Positions 30,749-41,013 of a stretch of 64,000 nt of DNA are shown piece after piece. Source of the stretch: Candidatus Competibacteraceae bacterium (GTDB lineage: Bacteria; Bacteroidota; Bacteroidia; CAIKAF01); assembly GCA_014879445.1 (NCBI GenBank), contig JACSSC010000018.1, forward strand, positions 64,706 through 128,705, in the 5' to 3' direction. The position numbers were made by a program, and so were the translations under genes. Positions within the stretch are counted from its first letter, which is position 1; every line of letters starts with the position of its first letter. The notes beneath the pieces were generated by a model that worked only from the letters and a program-made list of their open reading frames with translations, ran no database searches and had not been told where the DNA came from.

Positions 30749-32002
30749 TTAAAAGTATCTGGAGAGTTTAAAACCCGCACTAAGACCGGTGGCAAAAGTA
30801 TTAGGCACCAATCCTTCCAGGTTTCGAGTATGAATAGATAATGTATAACCTTTACCGAAATCAATACCCAAATCAAGCCCCGTATTGAGTGTTCCAAAAC
30901 CGCCATATCCTATTGAGCCGGCAATCATGATGCGTTGATGTGGGTAAAATATCCCTCTTACGTACATTGATGGGAAATAGTGTGCGCTATATCGAGCGTC
31001 AACGCCTGTTTGAAGAAGGATGCGACCGTCCAAAAACTGGTATGCATAGCTTATGTGGAGTATGGCCGGAAGCATTCTAAAGCCGGGGTTTGTAATCTCT
31101 TTTTTTACATAGTTTTGGTTGAGAGAATCAATGAATTGTGTAAACTCGCTACCATCTGTTGTAAAGAGGTTATCTATGATAATCCCGTTGTAATGTAAAG
31201 AGCTATCAATTCTATAGTACTCGCCGGGACGTTCCCAGCTAATAAAACCAATATCTAGTGCTTGTACTGAAAGAATGTGATTGTTTTGAGAGAATTGATA
31301 TTGTAAATCGAGCCCTAATCCCGAACCGTTATTAGCGAAGAAGGTATTATAGGCCGGATCGTTTCGATAAATGTATCCATCAAGTTGGACGAATACTGAT
31401 TCTGCATCATTGGAGGTTAAAATACGATTACTGTCAATTCGTGCCTCATACAGTTGATTTCCGTTGATATAGCTTAATCCGAATGCGAATACATGTTGTG
31501 ATTTTGGGCGTTGCCATGTTTTAACAAATCCAAGTTGAAATTGCTGATACATCATCATAAAGCCCGTTGTTCCTGAAGTTGATATTTCATTTCCGGCGAA
31601 GGGGGCATTGCCATAAAACGGAAGATCAAAGGCATAGCGATTAAATTGACCTTCTGCATAAATCCGATTTTTAAAAGCTGCCAGATATCCCCAGTTTTTT
31701 CCAAGCAGGGAATCGTTCATGTTTTCATATCGAAGCTCTGAGGTCCAGTCGGCGCCAAACCTGTTATAGTCGGAAAGTCGATTGCTAACGCTGTTTTTTA
31801 ATGATTCATCAAGGTAATTACCTGTGAAAAATTTATTTAGAAAAAGCGTGTGAATGTTTTCGCTGCCTATTTCGGCTTGTGAGCTAAGCGAAACATTACG
31901 GCGCTTTTCGGGATATTTATGCAGAAAGTAATTGCTGAATCGCCCGTTGCTCAACAGCAAACATAAGGGGAGTGTCCATATCAAATGCTTAATCTCAGTC
32001 AT
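30749..32002 (-). CDS. putative outer-membrane beta-barrel protein (DUF5723-like)
   Basis: Amphipathic beta strands, GSGLGLDL, LDIGFISW, terminal Phe (FKLSRYF). Confidence 0.6.
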   Translation of the reverse strand: MTEIKHLIWTLPLCLLLSNGRFSNYFLHKYPEKRRNVSLSSQAEIGSENIHTLFLNKFFTGNYLDESLKNSVSNRLSDYNRFGADWTSELRYENMNDSLLGKNWGYLAAFKNRIYAEGQFNRYAFDLPFYGNAPFAGNEISTSGTTGFMMMYQQFQLGFVKTWQRPKSQHVFAFGLSYINGNQLYEARIDSNRILTSNDAESVFVQLDGYIYRNDPAYNTFFANNGSGLGLDLQYQFSQNNHILSVQALDIGFISWERPGEYYRIDSSLHYNGIIIDNLFTTDGSEFTQFIDSLNQNYVKKEITNPGFRMLPAILHISYAYQFLDGRILLQTGVDARYSAHYFPSMYVRGIFYPHQRIMIAGSIGYGGFGTLNTGLDLGIDFGKGYTLSIHTRNLEGLVPNTFATGLSAGFKLSRYF

Positions 32003-32006
32003 GTGG

Positions 32007-33608
32007 TTATAGGGTAATTCTATATTTTACATCTGCAAGAATTTTTAGCTTCAGATAATAGTCGCTGTACATTTGCAGAAGTTGTAAGTTAGGGACAGAA
32101 TTAAATCGTGCTTTTATAACAATTCTTCGCGCCGAAGTGATGTTTTTAATTTTTGCTTCATTAAAAGGAGCTAGAAGGTTTGATATAAGTGGGAACGTCA
32201 CTCTGTTTGCGGCATTTACGGGAGCAGGACTGATAAGAGATTGAGTAAAAAGAGTATCGGTAAGCAGGCCGGCATCGTCGAGTGTATAGATATTGGCAGC
32301 AAGGGCCAATGGAAATTTATTTTCTGCAATAATACGAAATTCGCCGGAGAGAAATTTTTCAATTTCAATTTCTTCAAATAGAGGATTGTCAAGGGTGTCA
32401 ATAAATTGTACCTGATACACAGAGAACTTAACAGGTGCCTGAATATGGAAAATAAATCGCGGAGGCACGGTTGTGTAAAAGAAGTTATTGTCGGCAGTTG
32501 CGTCGCCCATTGGATTTATTTGTGCAATAGAGTTGATTCTAAATCTATCAGGGATGTTTTCGATAAGTTGGTCGAGGTTGCTGTTTTGAGGCGTGAGCCA
32601 TAGCGTGTAATTATATGGCAATACAGGATTGGTAGTATTATAAGTATTTTGTGCCGTTTGAAGATTAATGAAAGAATTGATAATGGGATGAGTGAGTTCA
32701 ATTTGTTGTCCAGTGGCATCGTTAATGCTGCGGAATTTGTCAATTTTCAAACGCATATCAACGCCCATGGTGTTAACCAATGTAATGCCCATTCGGATAC
32801 TGTCAATATCAAGAATTCCCGACCTAATATATCGGGAGGTTCCTAAATCAATAATGTTTGAATTTATGCTGTCGGTTGCCGGCACAACGAAGCCCTGAGC
32901 GTAGAACGGATTAACCTTTTCTAATGTGTTTTCAGTTGAAAAGAGGAATTGGCCTGTGCTGAGTGGAAGTGCTGGTTCATTTTCGTTGAGCGTTGGAGTA
33001 AGATAAATATAAAGTACATTATATTCATTCAGATTTGGTCCACGAAGGTCAACATAATAATCTTTTAAATTAAGGTGTGTTGAGTACACTATCGTGTCGC
33101 CGGCACTTGCGGCGGGTATTGTTTCGGAAAGAGAAAAGGGTATTCCGTAGTAAGTTGCATTTGGAATGTTATATTGAATATTAATTTTTCGAGGAATAAC
33201 GGATTTAATTTTAATTTTTAGACGTCCGCTTTTGATACGTGCGGCATTCAGTTTGATGCGTTCATGTATGCCAAAACGGATTTTGATTGGGAAGGCAGGT
33301 AATGATACGCCAGGTTGGAGATTAATATTAGGCAGGGTCCAGGTTATGTTGAACAAATAGCTTGAATCAGGAATGTAGGCGATTGAATCCACATCTACAG
33401 TATAAACGGTATCGTAGAAATTAAGCATAATGGCACTGTCGGCAGCGTATTGCAAGTGGGGGTCAGGGATGGCTTGACTTAAATCGAATTGGGTTTGCAG
33501 CACAGGCCCTTTGCCGTCAATATCCCAACTTGTACCATCAAGGGAGCAGGAGCATTGAATGCAGATAATTGCAAAGAGAAAAAAAAGATGGCTAAAAGTT
33601 TTTTTCAT
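32007..33608 (-). CDS. hypothetical beta-rich lipoprotein
   Basis: Basic N-terminus, hydrophobic stretch and CSC lipobox; only 4 nt from the downstream barrel gene. Confidence 0.6.
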   Translation of the reverse strand: MKKTFSHLFFLFAIICIQCSCSLDGTSWDIDGKGPVLQTQFDLSQAIPDPHLQYAADSAIMLNFYDTVYTVDVDSIAYIPDSSYLFNITWTLPNINLQPGVSLPAFPIKIRFGIHERIKLNAARIKSGRLKIKIKSVIPRKINIQYNIPNATYYGIPFSLSETIPAASAGDTIVYSTHLNLKDYYVDLRGPNLNEYNVLYIYLTPTLNENEPALPLSTGQFLFSTENTLEKVNPFYAQGFVVPATDSINSNIIDLGTSRYIRSGILDIDSIRMGITLVNTMGVDMRLKIDKFRSINDATGQQIELTHPIINSFINLQTAQNTYNTTNPVLPYNYTLWLTPQNSNLDQLIENIPDRFRINSIAQINPMGDATADNNFFYTTVPPRFIFHIQAPVKFSVYQVQFIDTLDNPLFEEIEIEKFLSGEFRIIAENKFPLALAANIYTLDDAGLLTDTLFTQSLISPAPVNAANRVTFPLISNLLAPFNEAKIKNITSARRIVIKARFNSVPNLQLLQMYSDYYLKLKILADVKYRITL

Positions 33609-33671
33609 TTTCACGTTTGATTTTCAAACTTACATTAATAATTTCAAATTTCAATGTTTGGTGTTGTAAGT

Positions 33672-36284
33672 TTATTTTTTAATGCCAATAATTTTTTTGA
33701 TTTCGTTGAGTCGCATCAGTGCTTCAACAGGGGTAAGAGAATTGATATCTGTATTTTCAAGCTCATCACGAATTTGCAGCAATACAGGGTCGTCTAGTTG
33801 AAAAAAACTCAGTTGCAAATTATCTAATTTATCTTTTTTTGGATTACGACCGGCATCATGATGTGATTTTTCGAGTCGTTTCATTACTTCATTTGCTCGC
33901 TGAATAATAGAGTGAGGCATCCCAGCCATGCGAGCTACATGAATACCAAAACTGTGTTCGCTGCCTCCGGGCTCTAGTTTTCTTAAAAAAATTACCTTAT
34001 TCCCAACTTCTTTTACAGAGACATGGAAGTTTCGAATACGTGGCATTCGAGAAGCCATTTCATTTAGTTCGTGATAGTGAGTGGCAAAAAGGGTTTTGGG
34101 TTTGAATTTGGCATGCTCGTGCAGATATTCGGCAATAGACCAAGCAATGGAAATACCATCATATGTGCTAGTGCCTCGACCGATTTCGTCAAGCAAAATT
34201 AGGCATCTTTCAGATAAGTTATTGAGGATACTGGCAGTTTCATTCATTTCTACCATAAAGGTTGATTCGCCCATGCTGAGGTTATCGGAAGCGCCTACGC
34301 GGGTAAAAATTTTATCTACAATTCCAATTCGGGCTTCGGCGGCAGGCACAAAACTACCCACTTGGGCCAAAAGCACAATAAGTGCTGTTTGGCGAAGAAT
34401 TGCCGATTTGCCACTCATATTAGGGCCTGTAATGATAATAATTTGTTGTTCTAATTCATCCAAATGGATGTCGTTAGGGATATATGACTCGCCAACCGGC
34501 AGCGCTCGCTCTATTACCGGATGTCGTCCTTGCAGGATAGTAATGGAATGACCTTCATTTATTTCTGGTCGGCGATATTGATTTTGTGAGGCCACTTCTG
34601 CAAATCCCTGCAAACAGTCCATTTCGGCAAGGAGTCGAGCGTTGAGTTGAAATGTAGGGATGAACTGATGAAGCCACTGAATAAATTCTGTGTATAACGA
34701 AAGCTCTAAAGCAAGAATACGTTCTTCTGCGCCAAGTATTTTGGTTTCATACTCTTTAAGTTCGGGCGTTACGTATCTTTCTGCATTAGTAAGGGTTTGT
34801 CGTCGAATCCAGTCGTCTGGCACTTTTTCTTTATGAACATGCGTTACCTCCAGATAATATCCATACACATTATTAAATCCGATTTTGAGTGATGAAATGC
34901 CCGTTCGTTCGATTTCTCTTTGCTGGATTTGCACTAAGTAATTACGTCCTGAGCCGGCCAAATTTCGAAGTTCATCAAGTTCGGCATTAACATTATTGGC
35001 AAACACGCCTCCTTTTTGTGGATGTGAAGGGGCTGAGTCAAGAATTTCTTGTTTAACTTTATTGATGACGGATTGGCATGGATTCAGTTGTTCAACAACC
35101 GGTTTGAGCAACTCGCTTTCTGAAAGGGATTGTCGAATTTGTTCGATAGATTCGAGCGCTCTGCGAAGTTGTATCATTTCGCGGGGGGCAATGCGACTTG
35201 TCGCTATGCGTCCTGTGATTCGTTCAAGATCGCCGATATCTTTTAAGCATGCTTGAATTTGTTTATGAAGATCGCGATTTTCATAGAAATATCCGGTAAT
35301 ATGAAGACGTTGCTCTATGGCGTGAATATCTTTCAGGGGCATAATCAGCCATCGTCGCAACATTCTTGCTCCCATAGGTGTACATGTGCGGTCAACCACG
35401 TCATGCAGCGTCATGGCTTTATCGTGTTGCGAAGAAACTAACTCTAGGTTGCGGATGGTAAAATTGTCTAATCGAACGAATTCATTTTGGTCAATTCTTG
35501 ATAAAGTATTGATATGTGCAATCTGGTGATTTTGTGTTTCGCTTAAATAGTGAAGAATGGATCCAGATGCAATGGTTGCTAAGTGCATATCATCAATACC
35601 AAAACCTTTCAGTGTAGTAATTCCAAATTGTCGAAGGAGCAAATCGCGGCAAAAATCGTAGTCAAAAATCCACTCATCAAGCCCGTAAATAATAAGCGAA
35701 TCGCCGAACCTGTCTCTTATGGTGCGTTGTCGTGGTTTGGGATATACGACTTCTTTAGGTTGAAGAGATTGAATGAGATTTTGCACATAGCTTGTATCGC
35801 CCTCCCCGGTTAAAAATTCCCCTGTGCTGATATCCAAAAAAGCTACACCTGTAACATTTTCTGATGGGAATATGGCACAAAGAAAGTTGTTGGTTTTGTT
35901 ATCGAGTACATTTTCATTCATGGTAAGACCTGGAGTAATCAATTCTGTTACGCCACGTTTCACGATAGTTTTTGTAAGTTTTGGGTCTTCTAACTGTTCA
36001 CAAATGGCAACACGGTAACCTGCTCTAACCAGTTTGGGCAAGTATGATTCGAGTGAATGATAGGGGAATCCGGCTAGTTCAACATGAGAAGCCGACCCAT
36101 TTGCTCTTTTTGTGAGAACAATACCCAATACTCTTGAACTCACAATGGCATCTTCGCCAAAGCTTTCATAAAAATCGCCCACTCTAAAAAGCAAAATGGC
36201 ATCAGGGTACTTGCCTTTGATGCTAAGATATTGCTTCATGAGTGGTGTTTCGCTTATTCCTTCTGATTTTTCTTTCTTTGCCAT
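33672..36284 (-). CDS. mutS: DNA mismatch repair protein MutS
   Basis: TPLMKQY, FRVGDFYE, GPNMSGKS, STFMVEM, DEIGRGTS, FATHYHEL; start ATG at 36284 (MAKKEK). Confidence 0.97.
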   Translation of the reverse strand: MAKKEKSEGISETPLMKQYLSIKGKYPDAILLFRVGDFYESFGEDAIVSSRVLGIVLTKRANGSASHVELAGFPYHSLESYLPKLVRAGYRVAICEQLEDPKLTKTIVKRGVTELITPGLTMNENVLDNKTNNFLCAIFPSENVTGVAFLDISTGEFLTGEGDTSYVQNLIQSLQPKEVVYPKPRQRTIRDRFGDSLIIYGLDEWIFDYDFCRDLLLRQFGITTLKGFGIDDMHLATIASGSILHYLSETQNHQIAHINTLSRIDQNEFVRLDNFTIRNLELVSSQHDKAMTLHDVVDRTCTPMGARMLRRWLIMPLKDIHAIEQRLHITGYFYENRDLHKQIQACLKDIGDLERITGRIATSRIAPREMIQLRRALESIEQIRQSLSESELLKPVVEQLNPCQSVINKVKQEILDSAPSHPQKGGVFANNVNAELDELRNLAGSGRNYLVQIQQREIERTGISSLKIGFNNVYGYYLEVTHVHKEKVPDDWIRRQTLTNAERYVTPELKEYETKILGAEERILALELSLYTEFIQWLHQFIPTFQLNARLLAEMDCLQGFAEVASQNQYRRPEINEGHSITILQGRHPVIERALPVGESYIPNDIHLDELEQQIIIITGPNMSGKSAILRQTALIVLLAQVGSFVPAAEARIGIVDKIFTRVGASDNLSMGESTFMVEMNETASILNNLSERCLILLDEIGRGTSTYDGISIAWSIAEYLHEHAKFKPKTLFATHYHELNEMASRMPRIRNFHVSVKEVGNKVIFLRKLEPGGSEHSFGIHVARMAGMPHSIIQRANEVMKRLEKSHHDAGRNPKKDKLDNLQLSFFQLDDPVLLQIRDELENTDINSLTPVEALMRLNEIKKIIGIKK

Positions 36285-36357
36285 CAGCGTAAAGTTGCAC
36301 AAAATTATCGGTTTTTTTAGCCGATTTTTTTTATATTTTTGAACCAAATCATAACAA

Positions 36358-36894
36358 ATGCACAGAAAACTCAAGTTGCATGAGTTGAATAGGAAATCAA
36401 AAGAAGATTTTCTACGAACCGAGAAATTGCCGGTTCGCGTTATTATAGACGATATTCGAAGTGGTCATAATGTGGGTGCGGTTTTTAGAACATCAGATGC
36501 ATTTATGCTCGAATGTCTTTATTTATGCGGACGTACGCCTTCTCCTCCACACATTGAAATAAGTAAGACAGCGTTAGGGGCTGAAGAAACGGTTAAATGG
36601 AGTCGTGTTGATACAGCATTCGATGCTGTTGAATTATGCCGATCTGATGGTTTTGAGATTGTTACAATAGAACAAACAACGGGATCAATTCCTCTTACTG
36701 AAATGAAGTGGCGACCCAATGTACCATATGCCATTGTGTTGGGGAATGAGGTTACTGGCGTTTCTGAAGAGGTTATTCCTTTGTCGTCTTATATTGTTGA
36801 AATTCCGCAATGGGGAACCAAGCATTCTCTTAATGTATCTGTTGCTGCTGGCATTGTTTTATGGTCGGCCTGCTCGTCATTGCTTTCTCAATAG
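36358..36894 (+). CDS. SpoU/TrmH family RNA methyltransferase
   Basis: NVGAVFRTSDAF, GNEVTG, IPQWG...SLNVSVA; TATTTTTG promoter at 36334-36341. Confidence 0.9.
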   Translation: MHRKLKLHELNRKSKEDFLRTEKLPVRVIIDDIRSGHNVGAVFRTSDAFMLECLYLCGRTPSPPHIEISKTALGAEETVKWSRVDTAFDAVELCRSDGFEIVTIEQTTGSIPLTEMKWRPNVPYAIVLGNEVTGVSEEVIPLSSYIVEIPQWGTKHSLNVSVAAGIVLWSACSSLLSQ

Positions 36895-36896
36895 AA

Positions 36897-38294
36897 CTAT
36901 GCCCCAATGGTTTTTCTTACCTCATGTAAAAGTTGTTGTGTTTCATCGGCTGTTGATGTTTCGGCATAAATTCGCAGCAGTGGTTCTGTTCCTGAAGCGC
37001 GTATCAGCAGCCAGTCGTCGTTTTCAAAAAGAAATTTGTAACCATCAATATCTTCTGTACGTTTTACACGTCGGTTGCCAAATGTTTGGTAGGCGCCATT
37101 CTTGCATTGTGCAACGATGTGTTGCTTTAACTCTTCTGTAAGATGTAAATCAAGACGATCGTAAGCGAATGGCCCTACGATTTGATAAACTTCATCTATG
37201 AGATCGCGAAGTGTTTTCCCGGTTTCTGCCATAAATTCCCAAATGATAAGACCCATCCATATTCCGTCACGTTCTGGAATGTGTCCTTTAATGGCGATAC
37301 CGCCGGATTCTTCTCCACCCAATAATATATCTTCATTAAGCATAAAGCCGGTAATGTTTTTAAAACCGATTGGAGTAGTGTGTTGTTCGAGGTTGTAATG
37401 GGAACAGATTTTTTTTATTTTTTCGGAAACAGAAAATGCAGTTATCACTTTACCTGATTGTTTTTTGTAGTGAACTAAGTAGTGTATAAGCAGGAGAATA
37501 ATATGGTGAGAATCTACAAAATTTCCTTGATCATCGAATAAGCCGATACGGTCGGCATCACCATCAGTTGCCAATCCGCAGTCAATAGCTTCTGAAACTC
37601 TGATAAAATCAGAAAATTCTGTAAGGTTGCGCAAAATCGGCTCAGGCGCTATGCCTTCAAATCCTGGATTCTCGGTGCAGTGCAGAAGTTCAATCTCTGG
37701 GAAAAGCGTATTCATTACATACTGTCCGGCTCCATACATGGCATCAAAACCGAAGCGGAATGGGGACTGATTGATTGCTTCAAGATTGAATGTGTTTTTA
37801 ATTGCATCAAGGTATAGATCTCGAAGGTCGCTCTTAATAAATAATGGATTGTTGTAAAGAATATTTTCGTTTATTGGATTTGTATGGTCGGGTATTAGAT
37901 TTTCTACGGCAAGGATGTCGTCTGGCAAAAGGGGTCCACCAAACGAGCCCTTTAGCTTATATCCATTATATTCGGGAGGATTATGGCTTGCTGTTATCAC
38001 TACACCAAGGTCTGCCTTGAGATGGCGAGTGCCAAGTGAAACCATAGGTGTTGAAACAAATACTGGAGAAAAGTAAACCTTGATTCCGTTATTTACAAAT
38101 ACTTTAGCAGCTTCTTCCAGAAACAACTTTCCGCCGAAACGGCAGTCGTGGCCAATAACAACAATGGGATTTGATTTTTGTTGATGCAACCAGCGGCTTA
38201 CGCCTTCGCTAACCCTTCTTACGTTGTCGGTAGTAAAATCACGTGCAATTATAGCACGCCAGCCATCTGTTCCAAATTTAATTTTATTGCTCAT
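36897..38294 (-). CDS. phosphoglucomutase/phosphomannomutase
   Basis: FGTDGWR, TASHNP, DGDADR, GEESGG, RASGTEP. Confidence 0.93.
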   Translation of the reverse strand: MSNKIKFGTDGWRAIIARDFTTDNVRRVSEGVSRWLHQQKSNPIVVIGHDCRFGGKLFLEEAAKVFVNNGIKVYFSPVFVSTPMVSLGTRHLKADLGVVITASHNPPEYNGYKLKGSFGGPLLPDDILAVENLIPDHTNPINENILYNNPLFIKSDLRDLYLDAIKNTFNLEAINQSPFRFGFDAMYGAGQYVMNTLFPEIELLHCTENPGFEGIAPEPILRNLTEFSDFIRVSEAIDCGLATDGDADRIGLFDDQGNFVDSHHIILLLIHYLVHYKKQSGKVITAFSVSEKIKKICSHYNLEQHTTPIGFKNITGFMLNEDILLGGEESGGIAIKGHIPERDGIWMGLIIWEFMAETGKTLRDLIDEVYQIVGPFAYDRLDLHLTEELKQHIVAQCKNGAYQTFGNRRVKRTEDIDGYKFLFENDDWLLIRASGTEPLLRIYAETSTADETQQLLHEVRKTIGA

Positions 38295-38357
38295 GCCAAA
38301 TTATATTGAACAGCAAAAATACATTTTCCCGTGGCAATATCTTCAAGTATTTTATTA

Positions 38358-40997
38358 TCAATACGGAGCTACATATTTGATTAGCTCAGGATGTCGTTCG
38401 GATGCTAATAACCGGTTATATAATGCTTTTGCAAAATCTGCACGATTTTTTGCTTCTTTTCTAACGGAGAGATTTTTATCTTTAACTGATATTTGCAGGT
38501 CGCTTTCTATAATGGTTCCAATAGCTTCGAAGGCGGCAACCCTTGGATACCACATCGGATCATTTTTAATTATGATAGAAAAAAATTCGATGGCTTTTTC
38601 TTTGATATTGCCCGGGGCTTTGGACATGAAATTTCCCATTGCATAAAGGTATTCCATTTCTTCACCAGGGTCTGAAAGTAGTGTATATGAGTTAAAATAT
38701 AAATTTGCCAGTGTTGTATCTTCTCCCAAACCGCTTAGCAAATATGCTACATTGGAAACAAATGAAGAGGATTTAGGATTATCGTTAAGTGTTTGATAAA
38801 TAAAAGAAATTACAAAGTTCGGGTCCGTCTCAACCAATTCATTTATTGCCACATTTACCACTTTCCAGGCCTTGTCATTACATGCATTTTGCAGTAAGAT
38901 TTTTCTTTCTGATTCATTCAGAATAGAGATAGATTTTTGAATGGCTGTTATTCTTACATCGGCATCGGGGTCATTAATTATTGCATTTTTCAGATATGCA
39001 ACAAGCTTTTGTTTGTCACTTTCAGGAAGCCGAGTAGCGAGGGGAATCGCTTGAATTCGGACCGCAGCAAAAGGATGGTGTAACGCATCCCATATAGCAG
39101 ATGTAATGTCTGATGACCAAAGTTTGGCATGTAATTCTTCAAAATGGGTTAATGCTCTTGTTTTATCTAAAATATTACCACCATACTTAAACTGAAGTGC
39201 AAATTTAGAAGAGGGTTTGTTGTCGTTGATGTTAGCAAGTAGTACTCCATCTTCATCAACATTTATAAAGTCGGGCTCATTTTGTACATCAAACACAAAG
39301 GTTTGTATGGCAGAATCGAGCCATACCCTGTGGTTTTTAGGTTTGCCATCGAAATAAAGTGTAATGTCAATCGGTAGGCGAAAAAGTGGGGCAAAAGTTG
39401 CGTTTTGTGTCTGTTCAATTGTTACGAATTGTTTTTTCTTTTCCTTGTTAAAGCTGTAACCAATTTCAAGAGTCGGGAACCCTTTATTTAAAAACCATTG
39501 ACTAAAAAACCAATTCAGATCTTCTCCTGTAATTTCTTCAAATACGAGTCGCAAATGATGTATTTCTGCTGCTTGAAATGCGTATCGAGTGAGGTAGAGT
39601 TTTAAGGCGTCAAAAAAGGCATCGTCGCCAACTATATGGCGAAGCATATGCAATACGCGTCCGCCTTTGTTATAAGAGTGGGCGTCAAACATGTCTTCTG
39701 CATCGTGGTGATAATATCGAATCAGGTTCTCGTTTTTATATAATGCCTCATTTTTATATCCCTGCATTTCTTCCATATGGTGTATGTCGGCTGCTTCTTT
39801 TCCGTATTTATATTCAATCCATAAATATTCGCCATAGTTTGCAAAAGATTCATTCAGCGGAAGATTTGCCCACGATTCGCAGGTTACAAGGTTTCCAAAC
39901 CATTGATGAAAAAGTTCGTGGGCAATGGTTTGTTCGTGATTATTTCCGAGTTGTTCGCGGTCGGTAAGTTGCATATATTCTCCCAGCACTACACAGGAAG
40001 TATTTTCCATAGCGCCTGAAACGTAATCCCGAACAAAGACCTGATGGTATTTATCCCAGGGGAATGGAACACCAAGTTTTGATGAATAAAAATCAATCAT
40101 TTCAACGGTGTTGCCAAGTAGAGATTGGGCGTAGGTCTCATAATACGGCTCTAAATAATACCATACTGGAATGTTGTTATATTGTGTTTTTATTACACTA
40201 TATTTTCCGGCAATCAAGGCGGTAAGATATGGAGCGTGTGGCTTATCTTGTCTCCAGACATCGGTTCGTGTTCCGTTGTTATGTTTTAATGATTTAATTA
40301 AAACACCATTTGAAAGGGTTTGCATACTGTCGCCTATGGTTATATGCAATTCTTGCGTCATTCGTTCGGCGGTATTGTCATTTGTCGGGAACCATAAAGA
40401 GGCATCTTCTGGTTCGTTTTGTGTCCATATTTGGTATGGCTTGGTTGGTGTTGTTTCGTCGGGTGTAATGAAGTAGAAGCCGTGTGCATGCGGGTCAAGA
40501 TCGGGGCAGAATGAAGCTATATCATATGGATGTGCTGTATAATCTATTTCTATTCTAAGCGTATCAGTTCTTGTAAATGTCTGGTCGGTTGATATGTTGA
40601 GTTGATAATTGTTGTAAGTATGATTTGATGTAACTTGTGCGTTGCGATGATATAAATTAACGGAATGAATGGTGAACGCTTTAGCATCAAGGGTAATGCT
40701 GTTTGTTGGGTAAAAGTAGGGTTTGATGAAGAGTATGGCTTTGCCCGATATTTCCTTTTTTTTCCAATCGCATTCTAAGTGAAGTGTAGTATGCAGGATG
40801 TCGGTTTCTCGTGTTTTTGATTTTTTATATCCGAAATGTTCGGCGGGGCCTTGTTCTGAATTGGCTTTCACTACGAGTGGTTCGAGTGTTTGATGCAGTA
40901 TGGTTTTTGTTTTGCATGCTGACAAAACCACCAGAAAACAAAACAATAATGGAGTATGCCAAACATCACTTTTCATAATTAGATGTAGCGTTTTCAT
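38358..40997 (-). CDS. M1 family aminopeptidase lipoprotein with C-terminal HEAT-like repeats
   Basis: LSAC lipobox, GAMEN, HELFH-x18-E, YNKG. Confidence 0.9.
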   Translation of the reverse strand: MKTLHLIMKSDVWHTPLLFCFLVVLSACKTKTILHQTLEPLVVKANSEQGPAEHFGYKKSKTRETDILHTTLHLECDWKKKEISGKAILFIKPYFYPTNSITLDAKAFTIHSVNLYHRNAQVTSNHTYNNYQLNISTDQTFTRTDTLRIEIDYTAHPYDIASFCPDLDPHAHGFYFITPDETTPTKPYQIWTQNEPEDASLWFPTNDNTAERMTQELHITIGDSMQTLSNGVLIKSLKHNNGTRTDVWRQDKPHAPYLTALIAGKYSVIKTQYNNIPVWYYLEPYYETYAQSLLGNTVEMIDFYSSKLGVPFPWDKYHQVFVRDYVSGAMENTSCVVLGEYMQLTDREQLGNNHEQTIAHELFHQWFGNLVTCESWANLPLNESFANYGEYLWIEYKYGKEAADIHHMEEMQGYKNEALYKNENLIRYYHHDAEDMFDAHSYNKGGRVLHMLRHIVGDDAFFDALKLYLTRYAFQAAEIHHLRLVFEEITGEDLNWFFSQWFLNKGFPTLEIGYSFNKEKKKQFVTIEQTQNATFAPLFRLPIDITLYFDGKPKNHRVWLDSAIQTFVFDVQNEPDFINVDEDGVLLANINDNKPSSKFALQFKYGGNILDKTRALTHFEELHAKLWSSDITSAIWDALHHPFAAVRIQAIPLATRLPESDKQKLVAYLKNAIINDPDADVRITAIQKSISILNESERKILLQNACNDKAWKVVNVAINELVETDPNFVISFIYQTLNDNPKSSSFVSNVAYLLSGLGEDTTLANLYFNSYTLLSDPGEEMEYLYAMGNFMSKAPGNIKEKAIEFFSIIIKNDPMWYPRVAAFEAIGTIIESDLQISVKDKNLSVRKEAKNRADFAKALYNRLLASERHPELIKYVAPY

Positions 40998-41013
40998 AAA
41001 ACAGGAAGATAAT

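Noticed and set aside
34081-36018. Plus-strand ORFs within mutS
   Set aside because: They are antisense shadows of a conserved gene with no independent coding signal.
36719-37141. 140-aa plus-strand ORF
   Set aside because: It overlaps both the RNA methyltransferase and the phosphosugar mutase genes and has no recognisable motif.
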